A stretch of DNA of 62,803 nucleotides, counting the filler, from Bradymonadales bacterium (GTDB lineage: Bacteria > Bdellovibrionota > UBA2394), in NCBI GenBank assembly GCA_007693605.1. It is 5 parts of 5 records of this genome, joined end to end, with 100 filler letters (N's around TTAATTAATTAA, not from the genome) between each part and the next. Parts side by side here need not be neighbours in the genome. Positions count along the whole stretch, not along the records: positions 1 to 12,809 come from REDG01000015.1; positions 12,910 to 25,666 come from REDG01000026.1; 3 more parts are not named here. The stretch is one strand, 5' to 3'. Both the position numbers and the translations under genes were made by a program. The notes below the pieces were generated by a model. It saw only the letters and a list, made by a program, of their open reading frames with translations, made no database searches and was not told where the DNA came from. Below, one piece after another: positions 8,603 through 17,678 of the stretch (the first letter of the stretch is position 1; each line of letters begins with the position of its first letter).

Positions 8603-10537
8603 ATGAGAATTCACCATCCTGGCATTCTTCTGCAGACGCAAAGACTGCTCAATCAGAGCACGCAAGCGATCGCGCGCAGTTTGAGAAACATCAGTGCCGA
8701 CCGCCTACCCGTACGGGCCGGAGACGACATTGTCGCCCTTTCTCAAATGAATGGCTATGAGCGAAGCCTCAGGGGAATTGCGGCCAGTATTCAAAATGTC
8801 AATTTAGCCAAAGGCTTTCTCACCGCAGCCGAAGCCGCCCTTCAAGCTCAAACCGATCTCATCCAGCGCATGAGAGAGCTTGGAGTTCAGGCCTCTCAAA
8901 GCAGTCTCTCTGCCTCGCAGAGAGCAAGCCTTCAAGAAGAACTCCAATCTCTGCTCCAAGAGTTCGAAAGAATATCAACGAGTAGCTTTGGAGGAAGACG
9001 ACTGCTCGACGGAAGTCTCAAGAACCTAGAGGTTCAAGTGGGCAAGGAACGAGGCCAAAGCCTTTCTTTGAGCCTGGGGTCTACTCTTGCAAAAGATCTC
9101 TTTAGACGAATCAAAGTGACCGATGAAACAAACATCCAAGTTGGCGCCTACTCGGGCAATTCAAATAGCCAACGACTCGCAGATTTCAACAACAATGGGA
9201 TTATGGACCTGGTGATTGGTCGAGGGGCAGCTGGGGTTCGCGTAAAGTTTGGAAACGGGGATGGCACATTCGGTGAAGAACAAATCGTGGTGGCCAGTGC
9301 TGCCGGATTTTCAATGGCCATTGCCGACTTCAACGGAAATGGAAATCAAGATATTGCCGCCATTTCGACTGGCGGAACAAAAATCTCTCTATTCCATGGA
9401 AACGGACAAGGAGATTTTTCAGTGGGGGCGGTGGTGGACATCCCCTTCAATGCCAGACTCAAAGCGGGCGATGTGAATGGGAACGGCCATATGGATATTG
9501 TGGGCGTCGCGGCAAGTGGAGCCATCGGCTTTAGTCTCTTGAATAACGGAGACGGGACCTTCGCAGCAGCCACAACTTTCGCTCTGCCTGGAGTCGTCTC
9601 TCAAGACAACAATTGGGCCTTGGCCGATCTAGATGGCAACGGTCGAGTTGACTTGGTGGTCAACGGCGTAAACGGAGCAAGGGTTTTAATGAATGATGGT
9701 CTGGGCGGTTTTACTCAAAGCTCGACGGTCGGAAATGATCCTTTCAGCTTCATTCGTCTGCGCGACCTGAACGGAAATGGTATCAAGGATCTGATTGCGA
9801 TCGACTTTAATAGTGCTAGCATAAAGATTGCGATGGGCCAAGGGGATGGCAGCTTCGGTAGCGTCACGACCTACGAATCTCCAAATCCAGAGATTGGATT
9901 CGATCTCGAGGTCTTGGACCTAAACGGCAACGGCAAACTCGATATTGTTTTTCTAAGTAGTCCTGATTACGAAGACATAAACCTCTACATTCTTGAGGGC
10001 CTTGGAGACGGCAAGTTTAAGGCGCCACAATTTCGTCGGCAACTGCCTGACGGCATAGGCAATACCCTTGGAACCTCGGAATTCATAGGCTTTGGCGACT
10101 TCACCCAAAACGGGGCGCTCGACTTTTTGGTGTCCGGAATTGGAGGCAGCTCATTTATGCTTGGCCTTGGAAGGGTCGAAAATGTCAGCGCCCTGGATCA
10201 GCTCAACTTTAAGACTGCAGAGCAAGCCCAAAAAACCTTGAGCCTATTTGATCAAGCCCTTGAAACCATCCTCAAAGAAAGAAGTCGAGTTGGCTCTCTG
10301 ACGAATCGCTTAGAAAGCATCGACCGACAGCTCCTCCTTCACAGGGAGACAACGGCAGAAGCGCAGTCACGAGTGGGCACTCCAAATCTTGCCGAACTCA
10401 CTTCTGAACTCGTCCGAAACCAAATCTTGCAGCAAGCTCAAATTGCTGTGCTTTCACAAATCAACCTCCAGGCTCAAGCCATTCTCTCCCTCCTCGACAG
10501 CCTGCCCGACCGACCCTTTCTCAATCTATCTCGTTAA
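8603..10537 (+). CDS. Divergent flagellin with central FG-GAP/VCBS repeat beta-propeller
   Basis: Flagellin_N (AEAALQAQTDLIQRMRELGVQA...RASLQEELQSL...FGGRRLLDG) and Flagellin_C (RSRVGSLTNRLES...AEAQSRV...RNQILQQAQIAVLSQ...ILSLL) enclosing seven Dxx(G/N/Q)NGxxD repeats. Confidence 0.9.
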   Translation: MRIHHPGILLQTQRLLNQSTQAIARSLRNISADRLPVRAGDDIVALSQMNGYERSLRGIAASIQNVNLAKGFLTAAEAALQAQTDLIQRMRELGVQASQSSLSASQRASLQEELQSLLQEFERISTSSFGGRRLLDGSLKNLEVQVGKERGQSLSLSLGSTLAKDLFRRIKVTDETNIQVGAYSGNSNSQRLADFNNNGIMDLVIGRGAAGVRVKFGNGDGTFGEEQIVVASAAGFSMAIADFNGNGNQDIAAISTGGTKISLFHGNGQGDFSVGAVVDIPFNARLKAGDVNGNGHMDIVGVAASGAIGFSLLNNGDGTFAAATTFALPGVVSQDNNWALADLDGNGRVDLVVNGVNGARVLMNDGLGGFTQSSTVGNDPFSFIRLRDLNGNGIKDLIAIDFNSASIKIAMGQGDGSFGSVTTYESPNPEIGFDLEVLDLNGNGKLDIVFLSSPDYEDINLYILEGLGDGKFKAPQFRRQLPDGIGNTLGTSEFIGFGDFTQNGALDFLVSGIGGSSFMLGLGRVENVSALDQLNFKTAEQAQKTLSLFDQALETILKERSRVGSLTNRLESIDRQLLLHRETTAEAQSRVGTPNLAELTSELVRNQILQQAQIAVLSQINLQAQAILSLLDSLPDRPFLNLSR

Positions 10538-10564
10538 GCCTCTGATTGGGTAGATCTCGCAAGC
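10528..10564 (+). repeat. 37-bp direct repeat, copy 1 (remnant of a GLUG-gene 3' end)
   Basis: ATCTCGTTAAGCCTCTGATTGGGTAGATCTCGCAAGC, identical at 11957-11993. Confidence 0.9.
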
Positions 10565-10679
10565 CGAGGGCGTTCTCCCCCACAATTCAATCGTCATGGA
10601 TGCCAATTTCGTAGATCTCGCCCCAAGCCCCTGAAGGATGCCTGGAAATTCCTATTGTGCTTTCAACAGCTTGCGAGGG

Positions 10680-10718
10680 TTCTTGTAATTTTGCGCTGTA
10701 AATGCAAAAATACAAGAA
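10680..10718. promoter_or_regulatory. 15-bp inverted repeat abutting the ATPase start; probable operator
   Basis: TTCTTGTAATTTTGC-N9-GCAAAAATACAAGAA (one mismatch), overlapping ATG 10718. Confidence 0.55.
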
Positions 10719-11911
10719 TGCTGCTGAAGCGCTCGTCCTATCTTGCCAAAGCTAAAGAAATTCTAAGGGATCGCCCTGTCTTGGCCATTCTAGGCCCACG
10801 CCAGTGTGGAAAGACGACTTTTGTGAAGGAGTTTCTTTCCGAGAAGTTCGACTATTTGGATCTCGAGAGGCCCTCTGATTTAAACCTCTTACTGACGGAA
10901 CCAGAACTTTACCTAAAAGAGCAGCAAAGACCCTTGGTCATTGATGAAGCTCAAAGGCTGCCTGAATTGTTTCCCCTCTTGCGATCAGAGAGCGATCGCA
11001 GAAAAAAGAAAGGGCAGTTTGTTTTACTCGGAAGTAGCAGCTTTCAGTTGATTGAGGCCATTAGTGAGTCTCTTGCAGGCCGAGTAGGATTCTTAGATTT
11101 AAACCCACTCGGCCTCTTTGAGATTAATGAAAGTGGGATCGATTGGAAAGGACACTGGCTTAAAGGGGGCTTTCCAGATGCCCTACTTCAGGGCAGATCC
11201 AAGAAAATTAATTTTAACTGGTTCGAAGATTATACGCGCACGCTAGTTGAAAGAGATCTTCCATCTCTTGGGATCAGCATCACGCCCCACCAGTTCAGGA
11301 AGCTTTGGGCCATGGCTTCTCATTTTCATGGCCAAGTTTTGAATATGAACAAATTAGCTAACTCTCTTGACCTCTCTCCACACACGGTCAAACGATATCT
11401 TGATATTCTTGAACAGACTTTCATGATTCGAAGGCTGCAGCCGTTTTCAGGCAATCTTAAGAAGCGCCTCGTGAAATCTCCAAAACTTTATATTCGAGAC
11501 TCAGGCTTGTTTCATTATTTTCAGAGAATTCTTACAGAGAGAGATCTGATCTCTCATCCTTCAAGGGGGGCGAGTTTTGAAGGCTATACTATTGAGCAGC
11601 TCCTTCAAGTGCTTAGACTCAAAACTCCCGAGTATGAAAGCCTTTACTTTCGAAGCTCTGATGAAGTTGAAGTGGATCTTATTCTTCAAAAGGGCGGCCA
11701 GCTATCTCCCATTGAAATCAAAGCCAGTCTTTCGCCATCTAAAGACCAATGCAAATCCCTCTATAAATTCTTAGAGCTTAGCAAATGTAAGCGAGCATTT
11801 GTGCTAGGAATGGGAAGTCAACGCTTCTGGATCGACAAGAGAATTGAGTTCATCGGAATCGAATCCTGGGCTCAAGACAGCTTTCCCGCCTTCTGGGACG
11901 AAAAGAGCTGA
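10718..11911 (+). CDS. AAA_14 ATPase with DUF4143/wHTH and C-terminal PD-(D/E)XK-like domain
   Basis: GPRQCGKT, VIDEAQ, LLGSS, SESLAGR, GGFP, KSPKLYIRDSGL, EVDLIL..PIEIK; ORF track start 10655. Confidence 0.9.
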   Translation: MLLKRSSYLAKAKEILRDRPVLAILGPRQCGKTTFVKEFLSEKFDYLDLERPSDLNLLLTEPELYLKEQQRPLVIDEAQRLPELFPLLRSESDRRKKKGQFVLLGSSSFQLIEAISESLAGRVGFLDLNPLGLFEINESGIDWKGHWLKGGFPDALLQGRSKKINFNWFEDYTRTLVERDLPSLGISITPHQFRKLWAMASHFHGQVLNMNKLANSLDLSPHTVKRYLDILEQTFMIRRLQPFSGNLKKRLVKSPKLYIRDSGLFHYFQRILTERDLISHPSRGASFEGYTIEQLLQVLRLKTPEYESLYFRSSDEVEVDLILQKGGQLSPIEIKASLSPSKDQCKSLYKFLELSKCKRAFVLGMGSQRFWIDKRIEFIGIESWAQDSFPAFWDEKS

Positions 11912-11949
11912 CTATTTCCTCTCTCCCCCCTTCCCAATTCAACCACCTC

Positions 11950-12756
11950 TCAGTCGATCTCGTTAAGCCTCTGATTGGGTAGATCTCGCAAGCGAGGATA
12001 CTTGCCCGACTGGATCAACCAAACCGAAGAGCTCCAAGCCCCAAAGGTGGAGCTTGTTTTGAGCTGTTGAGTTGTTCGACCTAAGCCATATTGATTCGTC
12101 GGTGTCTTGACAGGAATCTGAGTATTGAAGCTTTGATTAAAAAAGCTATTCACAACTGATTGGGTCGTACCGTAGAGCTGTCGACCGATCATCCCGGCCA
12201 CCCGATCGTTCTCTGCATTGTACTGGGGATTCAAAATGCCTGGGTCAACCGTCATCAGAGAGTAAGAGTTTTGCACCCGATGAGCGTAGTGGGATTGACC
12301 AATCAAACCCCCAAAATCGCATTTAAAGGGCGATAGATTGGCACAGACGCTGCGACCCGAATCGTCTGTTGGACTTCTCGGATGCAGATTTCCTATTGCA
12401 TAACTATTCGAGGTGTTACCGGCGTTAGCCTCACCAAACAGTCCCCCCACACGAGAGTCCCCATAGATGACTCCTTCAAAATATGAAGTGTCGACAAAGG
12501 CTTCTGATCCCTGACCTACCAAGCCACCGACCAAGGAGTCACCCGAAACCACACCCGTTGCAAAGCTCCGCTCAATATCCCCATACATCATGTGACCGAC
12601 AAGACCCCCGGTTCTTCCGCCGGCGTTTAAATCGACAATTGCTTGAGATGCGACAATAGAGTTGTAAAAGGCCGGATTGACATCTTCAAAGTCCCCCATT
12701 TGTCCAACCAGTCCCCCTGTAGCATTTCCTCGCTTCCTTGCTGAAGGAGATTTCAT
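11950..12756 (-). CDS. GLUG-motif surface protein, C-terminal part (5'-partial)
   Basis: Repeated TGGLVG/VGGLVG/VGGLFG motifs; ends W..VW.I.SGKYPRL; near contig end. Confidence 0.75.
   Translation of the reverse strand: MKSPSARKRGNATGGLVGQMGDFEDVNPAFYNSIVASQAIVDLNAGGRTGGLVGHMMYGDIERSFATGVVSGDSLVGGLVGQGSEAFVDTSYFEGVIYGDSRVGGLFGEANAGNTSNSYAIGNLHPRSPTDDSGRSVCANLSPFKCDFGGLIGQSHYAHRVQNSYSLMTVDPGILNPQYNAENDRVAGMIGRQLYGTTQSVVNSFFNQSFNTQIPVKTPTNQYGLGRTTQQLKTSSTFGAWSSSVWLIQSGKYPRLRDLPNQRLNEID
11957..11993 (+). repeat. 37-bp direct repeat, copy 2 (inside the GLUG gene 3' end)
   Basis: Identical to 10528-10564. Confidence 0.9.
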
Positions 12757-12809
12757 TGGTCGCTTTGATCCCGCAGCCTCGGATGCATATGGTCAGATTC
12801 CACGGGATA

Positions 12810-12909
12810 NNNNNNNNNNNNNNNNNNNNNNNNNNNNNNNNNNNNNNNNNNNNTTAATTAATTAANNNNNNNNNNNNNNNNNNNNNNNNNNNNNNNNNNN
12901 NNNNNNNNN
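12810..12909. other. Artificial contig linker
   Basis: N44-TTAATTAATTAA-N44; identical at all four junctions. Confidence 0.98.
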
Positions 12910-12935
12910 CGAGAGATACGCTCCTCTCAGAATTT

Positions 12936-13340
12936 TCAGGCATTCCGGGGGTTTAAGGGGATAAGGGGATAGAGGTACGCCTTCTGTGAGATGCTCGATA
13001 CGTAGTCTTCATGAACGTCGTAGACCACACGTTTTCCGAGCAGTCTCAGAGCGATGCCAACAGGGATAAGTTCAGGATCGTGAAAATGGTAGATACTAGC
13101 CTTCAGTTTGAGGGCTTTCCAAAGTAGCTCAATAGGGCTCAGGCTCATGCGAAGGATTCTGTTTGGCCACTTCTTGATGGCGACAATTTTTACGCCGTCG
13201 ATTTCCGAATCATCGTGAGCTGCTGCGATCAGATAGACTTCGAAGTCTTTTTTTGCGAGAGAGCGGCACATTTTCTGAAATATTCGGTTGTCGAAAGGGT
13301 GATGTACGCTTGTGAGGTGTACAACGCGGGTCTTAGTCAA
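12936..13340 (-). CDS. Glycosyltransferase family 4, N-terminal fragment
   Basis: HLTSVHHPFDNRIF, YHFHDPEL, VYDVHEDY; truncated near contig end. Confidence 0.8.
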   Translation of the reverse strand: MTKTRVVHLTSVHHPFDNRIFQKMCRSLAKKDFEVYLIAAAHDDSEIDGVKIVAIKKWPNRILRMSLSPIELLWKALKLKASIYHFHDPELIPVGIALRLLGKRVVYDVHEDYVSSISQKAYLYPLIPLNPRNA

Positions 13341-14451
13341 ACTTGTGCTCCAGGCAAATAGCGAGTTCGTACACTCTTGAAAATAGAGTCACGGGGTCGG
13401 GAATCTTCTGAGGGCTTGGTTTACTCGACCACGGTGAATAGTACTCGTCTAAGTAACCCAAGAGTCGTTTTATAGTCTGATCCGGATCGAGGCTCTTAAA
13501 GTGTTTTCGCCAAACGAGCAAAATGAGTGGGGCTTCGTAAGCTGGTGAATTATAGGGGTAAGCATATTTGTTTGTTGTGAGACTTTCGAAAAATCTCTCG
13601 TCATCGATATAGGAAATAGCTTTCGTGAACTTGTCTGATTTGAAAAGTGGATGATCCGGGTACACAAGGCTCAATCTTGTGAGAGAGTGCATCACGAAGA
13701 GGTGGTAGCCAATCTCTCGAGTCTCAAAATGCTTTGGATTTTTCCATTGTCCGAGCTCAAATATGGCGCGGGCTCGAAGGCCGCGAGAGGTGTTCGAGTA
13801 GAACAGGTGGGAGGCGAGGCCTGTGGTGTGAGTTCGAAATGATCGAGCCAGAGAAGTATCTAGAAACGCTGAGACATCTGGGCTAGGCCCATCTAGTTCA
13901 GCTTTAATCGCTGCAAACCACGATTGGTGGTTATACGTGAAATCGACATGGCCTTGCCCTGTTTCTGCCTCTTGCCGGTGCCAAGCCCCTTCGAGGCTGT
14001 TAAATTGCAGCCGCGCTAGAATTGACTTCGCCAACGTCGTGCATTCGTTTAGCCCCAAATACGTCCCAGCTTTGCCTAAGCCCTCTGCGTGCCAGGCTGG
14101 GCCGATTACCCCATTGCAGGAGTCCTTCCCAGCTTTTTGGCGGTAGACATAAGCGTTGGGGCCTAAGTGAGCTTTGTCGTTGAGAAGATACTCGCAGAGC
14201 CAAAGTGCTCGATCTCGCAATGCAGTGTCCCCAGAGATTTTGTAGAGAATGGAGTTCAGGGCAAGCCAATGCGACGTATTCCTGAGGGGTGTCTCAGGGT
14301 CATCGTATGGTCCGTTACGGCCGCCTGCCATACGGTTGGCGCGACTTGAAACCTGTACCTGAGAACGACTACTCCACGAGGCCCACTTTTCAAGCAAGGC
14401 CACTAGCTCGTCGTTAAACGGTCTCGCGTTGTTTTGTTTAATCCTACCCAT
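13333..14451 (-). CDS. AglQ-like glycan biosynthesis protein
   Basis: GRNGPYDDPETPLRNTSHWL, NGVIGPAW, TYNHQSWFAA, REIGYH, KYAYPYN resemble the haloarchaeal AglQ family as recalled. Confidence 0.6.
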   Translation of the reverse strand: MGRIKQNNARPFNDELVALLEKWASWSSRSQVQVSSRANRMAGGRNGPYDDPETPLRNTSHWLALNSILYKISGDTALRDRALWLCEYLLNDKAHLGPNAYVYRQKAGKDSCNGVIGPAWHAEGLGKAGTYLGLNECTTLAKSILARLQFNSLEGAWHRQEAETGQGHVDFTYNHQSWFAAIKAELDGPSPDVSAFLDTSLARSFRTHTTGLASHLFYSNTSRGLRARAIFELGQWKNPKHFETREIGYHLFVMHSLTRLSLVYPDHPLFKSDKFTKAISYIDDERFFESLTTNKYAYPYNSPAYEAPLILLVWRKHFKSLDPDQTIKRLLGYLDEYYSPWSSKPSPQKIPDPVTLFSRVYELAICLEHKFD

Positions 14452-14637
14452 TCATTCTCTTTTGAAGTTCGATGAAAGCCAAGAATGCCTTCACACGCTC
14501 TCCTCTTAACTATTTTCTTCAGGCATACCATGGAAAGCAAAGGGCAACAAATCAACATTTAATTGGGCACGGAGCGTTGGGCAACATGGTTGCTTTATTT
14601 ACGCAAGCCGGTTGGCTAGTCTTTTTGTTGCTAAAGT

Positions 14638-15576
14638 ATGAAGAAATTGCCCTGCCCAGAACAGATCAAGCTTTCGGTTGTGATTCCATTTTGTGACGAC
14701 TTGCAGAGCCTGGACAGATCCCTGGATGCCGTGCTAGCCGAGAGCAAGCGTTTTGGTTCTACAGAGGTTATCTTGGTTGATAATGGCTCGAAGCTTGATT
14801 ACCAGAGCCTGACCCATAGACATGAAGTTCGGATTATTACTGAATTGGAGAAGCTCAATAGTCCCTACTCTGCAAGGAATCGCGGTATTGAGGTATCGAA
14901 AGGGGGCATCATTGTTTTGCTTGATGCAACATGTATTCCTAGGCCGGGGTGGTTGGCGGCTGGGGTTAGCGCGTTAGATGAGAAGTCTGCAGATATTGTT
15001 GGTGGCGAAGTGAGGTTTGACATTAACGAAGAATCATCGACTGCAGAAATATACGATGCTCTTGTAAATATTCGGATGAAAGAGTCCATCATGACACGGC
15101 AGGTTGCAAAGACTGCTAATTTATTTATACGCCGAAAAGTGTTTGAGGCGATCGGTTTGTTTGCGGAAGGAGTGAGATCTGGCGAAGACGTTGGTTGGAC
15201 CTCTAGGGCGGTCGAGTATGGGTTTCGACTAGAGTTTTCGAGTGAGGCGGTTGTCGTCAAAGCTCCGAGGCGTCTTAGGGAGGTGTTAAGGAAGCAATGG
15301 CGGGTCGCGACTTGGCAACCTCGAATCCGACGAGCGGCGCAAGGTCAGACTCCAAAAAGAAACAGAGTGAAACGATCTTTGCCTAGGCTGATTATCCCTC
15401 CGGGCACTCTAAAAAAGATGATGCTTGAAAGGGACGACGATTTCTTTAGTCAGTTCGGTCATAAAATATTTCAGATAACATTTTTGCACAATTTTATTCG
15501 AGTATGGATGTTTGCGGGTAATGTTTGGGGAAATATAAAATTGAGAAAAGCCAAATTAGTAGGGCGCAGGGTCTAG
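14638..15576 (+). CDS. Glycosyltransferase family 2
   Basis: SVVIP, ILVDNGS, ARNRG, LLDA, GED motifs. Confidence 0.88.
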   Translation: MKKLPCPEQIKLSVVIPFCDDLQSLDRSLDAVLAESKRFGSTEVILVDNGSKLDYQSLTHRHEVRIITELEKLNSPYSARNRGIEVSKGGIIVLLDATCIPRPGWLAAGVSALDEKSADIVGGEVRFDINEESSTAEIYDALVNIRMKESIMTRQVAKTANLFIRRKVFEAIGLFAEGVRSGEDVGWTSRAVEYGFRLEFSSEAVVVKAPRRLREVLRKQWRVATWQPRIRRAAQGQTPKRNRVKRSLPRLIIPPGTLKKMMLERDDDFFSQFGHKIFQITFLHNFIRVWMFAGNVWGNIKLRKAKLVGRRV

Positions 15577-15585
15577 GTTTGTTTA

Positions 15586-16710
15586 TCAAGAGCCCCTTAG
15601 CTTAGGTCGGGGCATTCCGCTACATAGATAGGCTCGCCACCGGTCTGCTGTCGCTTGATCAGAGTGATTTCTGAAGACTATTTCTTGATTCATTTCGTAT
15701 TCTTTCGGGTCGATTTTGAGAAACGCTTCTGGTCCCTGGCGCTTAATTTCCGAGGTGTCGTGGATCTTCAGACCTAAAGAGAGAAAATAGGCGAAAGGCG
15801 AATTACTAGAAGGCAGATACACCTTTTTTTGCAGATAAAGCAACAGTAGGATGGTGCCAACAGCTTGCTGCCGATTCGTATTGAAGATTGCAATGTCGAT
15901 TGTACTTATAAACTCATGGTACTTCGCGGGCGTTATTAGTTCCTGGGTCGAATAAAAGCTTTTTGGAAAAAGCTCGTGACCCAGTTTTTCAATAGTAGTC
16001 CGATATGTCGTATCACCGTATGCAAGCGGGCAGTGAATTTCAAAATTCTTAAGCTCAAAACCTGCGAGTATCCGGAATATCTCTTCATGCTGGTTCGTCG
16101 GCGTCGCTGAGTTGCCGACAAGTATTTTCATCTTGTCATTTTGGTTTTTCTGAACTGATTTTTGAGTTAATGGAACAACAAGAGGGTAACTTAAATCAGC
16201 CCGCGCAAGATTCTGAGCTTCATACTTAAGCCGAGCTGCCTGGACATCACCCTCAAGTAAGGTTCCGGCGCATCCGATTCTTTGGACCAGCCGCTTCTTG
16301 AGTGTTTTGAGTAAGGGCTTCTCCTCAATTCCATAGAGATCACCACCCCATATTCGCCAACACACCGTTCTTAGCTGATCGCGGCTCATTAAATTTAGAG
16401 TGACGAGGATCATGGGAGAGAGTCGATTGTTTGTAAAGAGACCGTGCAGAAAGTAATGATCATTCTTTCTGAGGTGACATTCTATCACGAGCCTAATCAA
16501 AAAAAGAATCTTGGACTTTGCTGAAACTAATTTTTTTGAAAAACGCCGAAGAGGTTTAGTTGAGCCCTGCCCCAGGCTGTCGGAGAGTTCTGGTCGCTCC
16601 CAATACAAAAAAGTCGATTGATAGCCCAGGTCATGTTGTCCCACGAAGTCGATAAATCTTGTTCTATACTTGTGATCTACAGTTGTAAAAATATGTAAAA
16701 TACGTGCCAT
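15586..16710 (-). CDS. TDP-Fuc4NAc transferase-like (WecF/GT56)
   Basis: WGGDLY, ILVGNSATPTNQH, PLAYG, RQQAVG motifs. Confidence 0.75.
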   Translation of the reverse strand: MARILHIFTTVDHKYRTRFIDFVGQHDLGYQSTFLYWERPELSDSLGQGSTKPLRRFSKKLVSAKSKILFLIRLVIECHLRKNDHYFLHGLFTNNRLSPMILVTLNLMSRDQLRTVCWRIWGGDLYGIEEKPLLKTLKKRLVQRIGCAGTLLEGDVQAARLKYEAQNLARADLSYPLVVPLTQKSVQKNQNDKMKILVGNSATPTNQHEEIFRILAGFELKNFEIHCPLAYGDTTYRTTIEKLGHELFPKSFYSTQELITPAKYHEFISTIDIAIFNTNRQQAVGTILLLLYLQKKVYLPSSNSPFAYFLSLGLKIHDTSEIKRQGPEAFLKIDPKEYEMNQEIVFRNHSDQATADRWRAYLCSGMPRPKLRGS

Positions 16711-16724
16711 CTTCGTAAGCCAAG

Positions 16725-17432
16725 TTAACTCTTCTTGGCGACCACCGAATAGCCCGGCGCTTCTAGGCTCCAGTTCTTGTCAAATCGATCCAAGATTGGG
16801 GCTACAAGCTGTAGAAAGAATTGGATCGGCAGGACCATCAGGCGGAGGAGCAGGCGAACAGGTCTGGGCCCCCTCGCAAGTCGTGCTAGGAGGTAACTAG
16901 CTTTAAGAGCAAGAGTTGAAAATGCCCCTCCTGTAGGTGAAATGCTGACGACTGAGAAATCTGCTTGAGACAAAAGGTGCCTTAGGCCATAAGGCGAATA
17001 CCGATAGTAGTCGTGGGGGGCTTCATGCACCTGCCATTGCCAGGGTACAGACAATACAAGGTGGCCGCCTGTCTTCAGGATGCGATTTGCCTCGTTCAGC
17101 ATACCAAGCGGGTTGTATAGGTGTTCGAGTACCGAAAAGGAGACAATCGTGTCGGCAATTTCGTCAGCCAAAGGAATTGATTTGTTCAAGTCTGCAAAGA
17201 CCTCTGCTCTTAACTCATGCTTGGTCCCAGGCCAATCGACGCCACGGTAGGTACTTGCATGTTTCAAGATGTAGTCTCGGTAGGGCATCTCACCACAACC
17301 AAAGTCCAAAACGTCGCCTTGAAAATATTTAGAGTTCCTTTCGAGCATTGCGTTGGTTTTTCTATATATCAGCCAATTGTGAAAGCCTGAATTTCGATGC
17401 TTAAAGTGGCGAATGCCAAACATAGATTTCAT
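16725..17432 (-). CDS. Class I SAM-dependent methyltransferase
   Basis: VLDFGCG, VLEHL, HEAPHDYYRY. Confidence 0.88.
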   Translation of the reverse strand: MKSMFGIRHFKHRNSGFHNWLIYRKTNAMLERNSKYFQGDVLDFGCGEMPYRDYILKHASTYRGVDWPGTKHELRAEVFADLNKSIPLADEIADTIVSFSVLEHLYNPLGMLNEANRILKTGGHLVLSVPWQWQVHEAPHDYYRYSPYGLRHLLSQADFSVVSISPTGGAFSTLALKASYLLARLARGPRPVRLLLRLMVLPIQFFLQLVAPILDRFDKNWSLEAPGYSVVAKKS

Positions 17433-17678
17433 ATATTAATTTTCAACCTAGCTGAGCAGCTCTTGCCGGACCATCACTTTTTCTTGGGCATGTTGCCTGC
17501 GAAGCTCCCGATGAACGAACCCTTAATCGAGGCTTTTAAGGATTCCAGGAGTTGTGTAGAAGTTATACAGCTATTAATTTATGTGAAGTAGAACTGCTCA
17601 GATGGATTTAATATTTTTGAAAGAGGGCCTGTTGGGGTTTCAGTTCATGGGAGTTCAATCTGAGCGATTGAGAGGTCT

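Noticed and set aside
10528..11993. 37-bp repeat as a CRISPR repeat
   Set aside because: Only two copies 1.4 kb apart, one inside coding sequence; no spacers or cas genes
12910..12975. GT4 premature stop as a real pseudogene
   Set aside because: Within ~60 bp of a contig tip; cannot be separated from an assembly artefact
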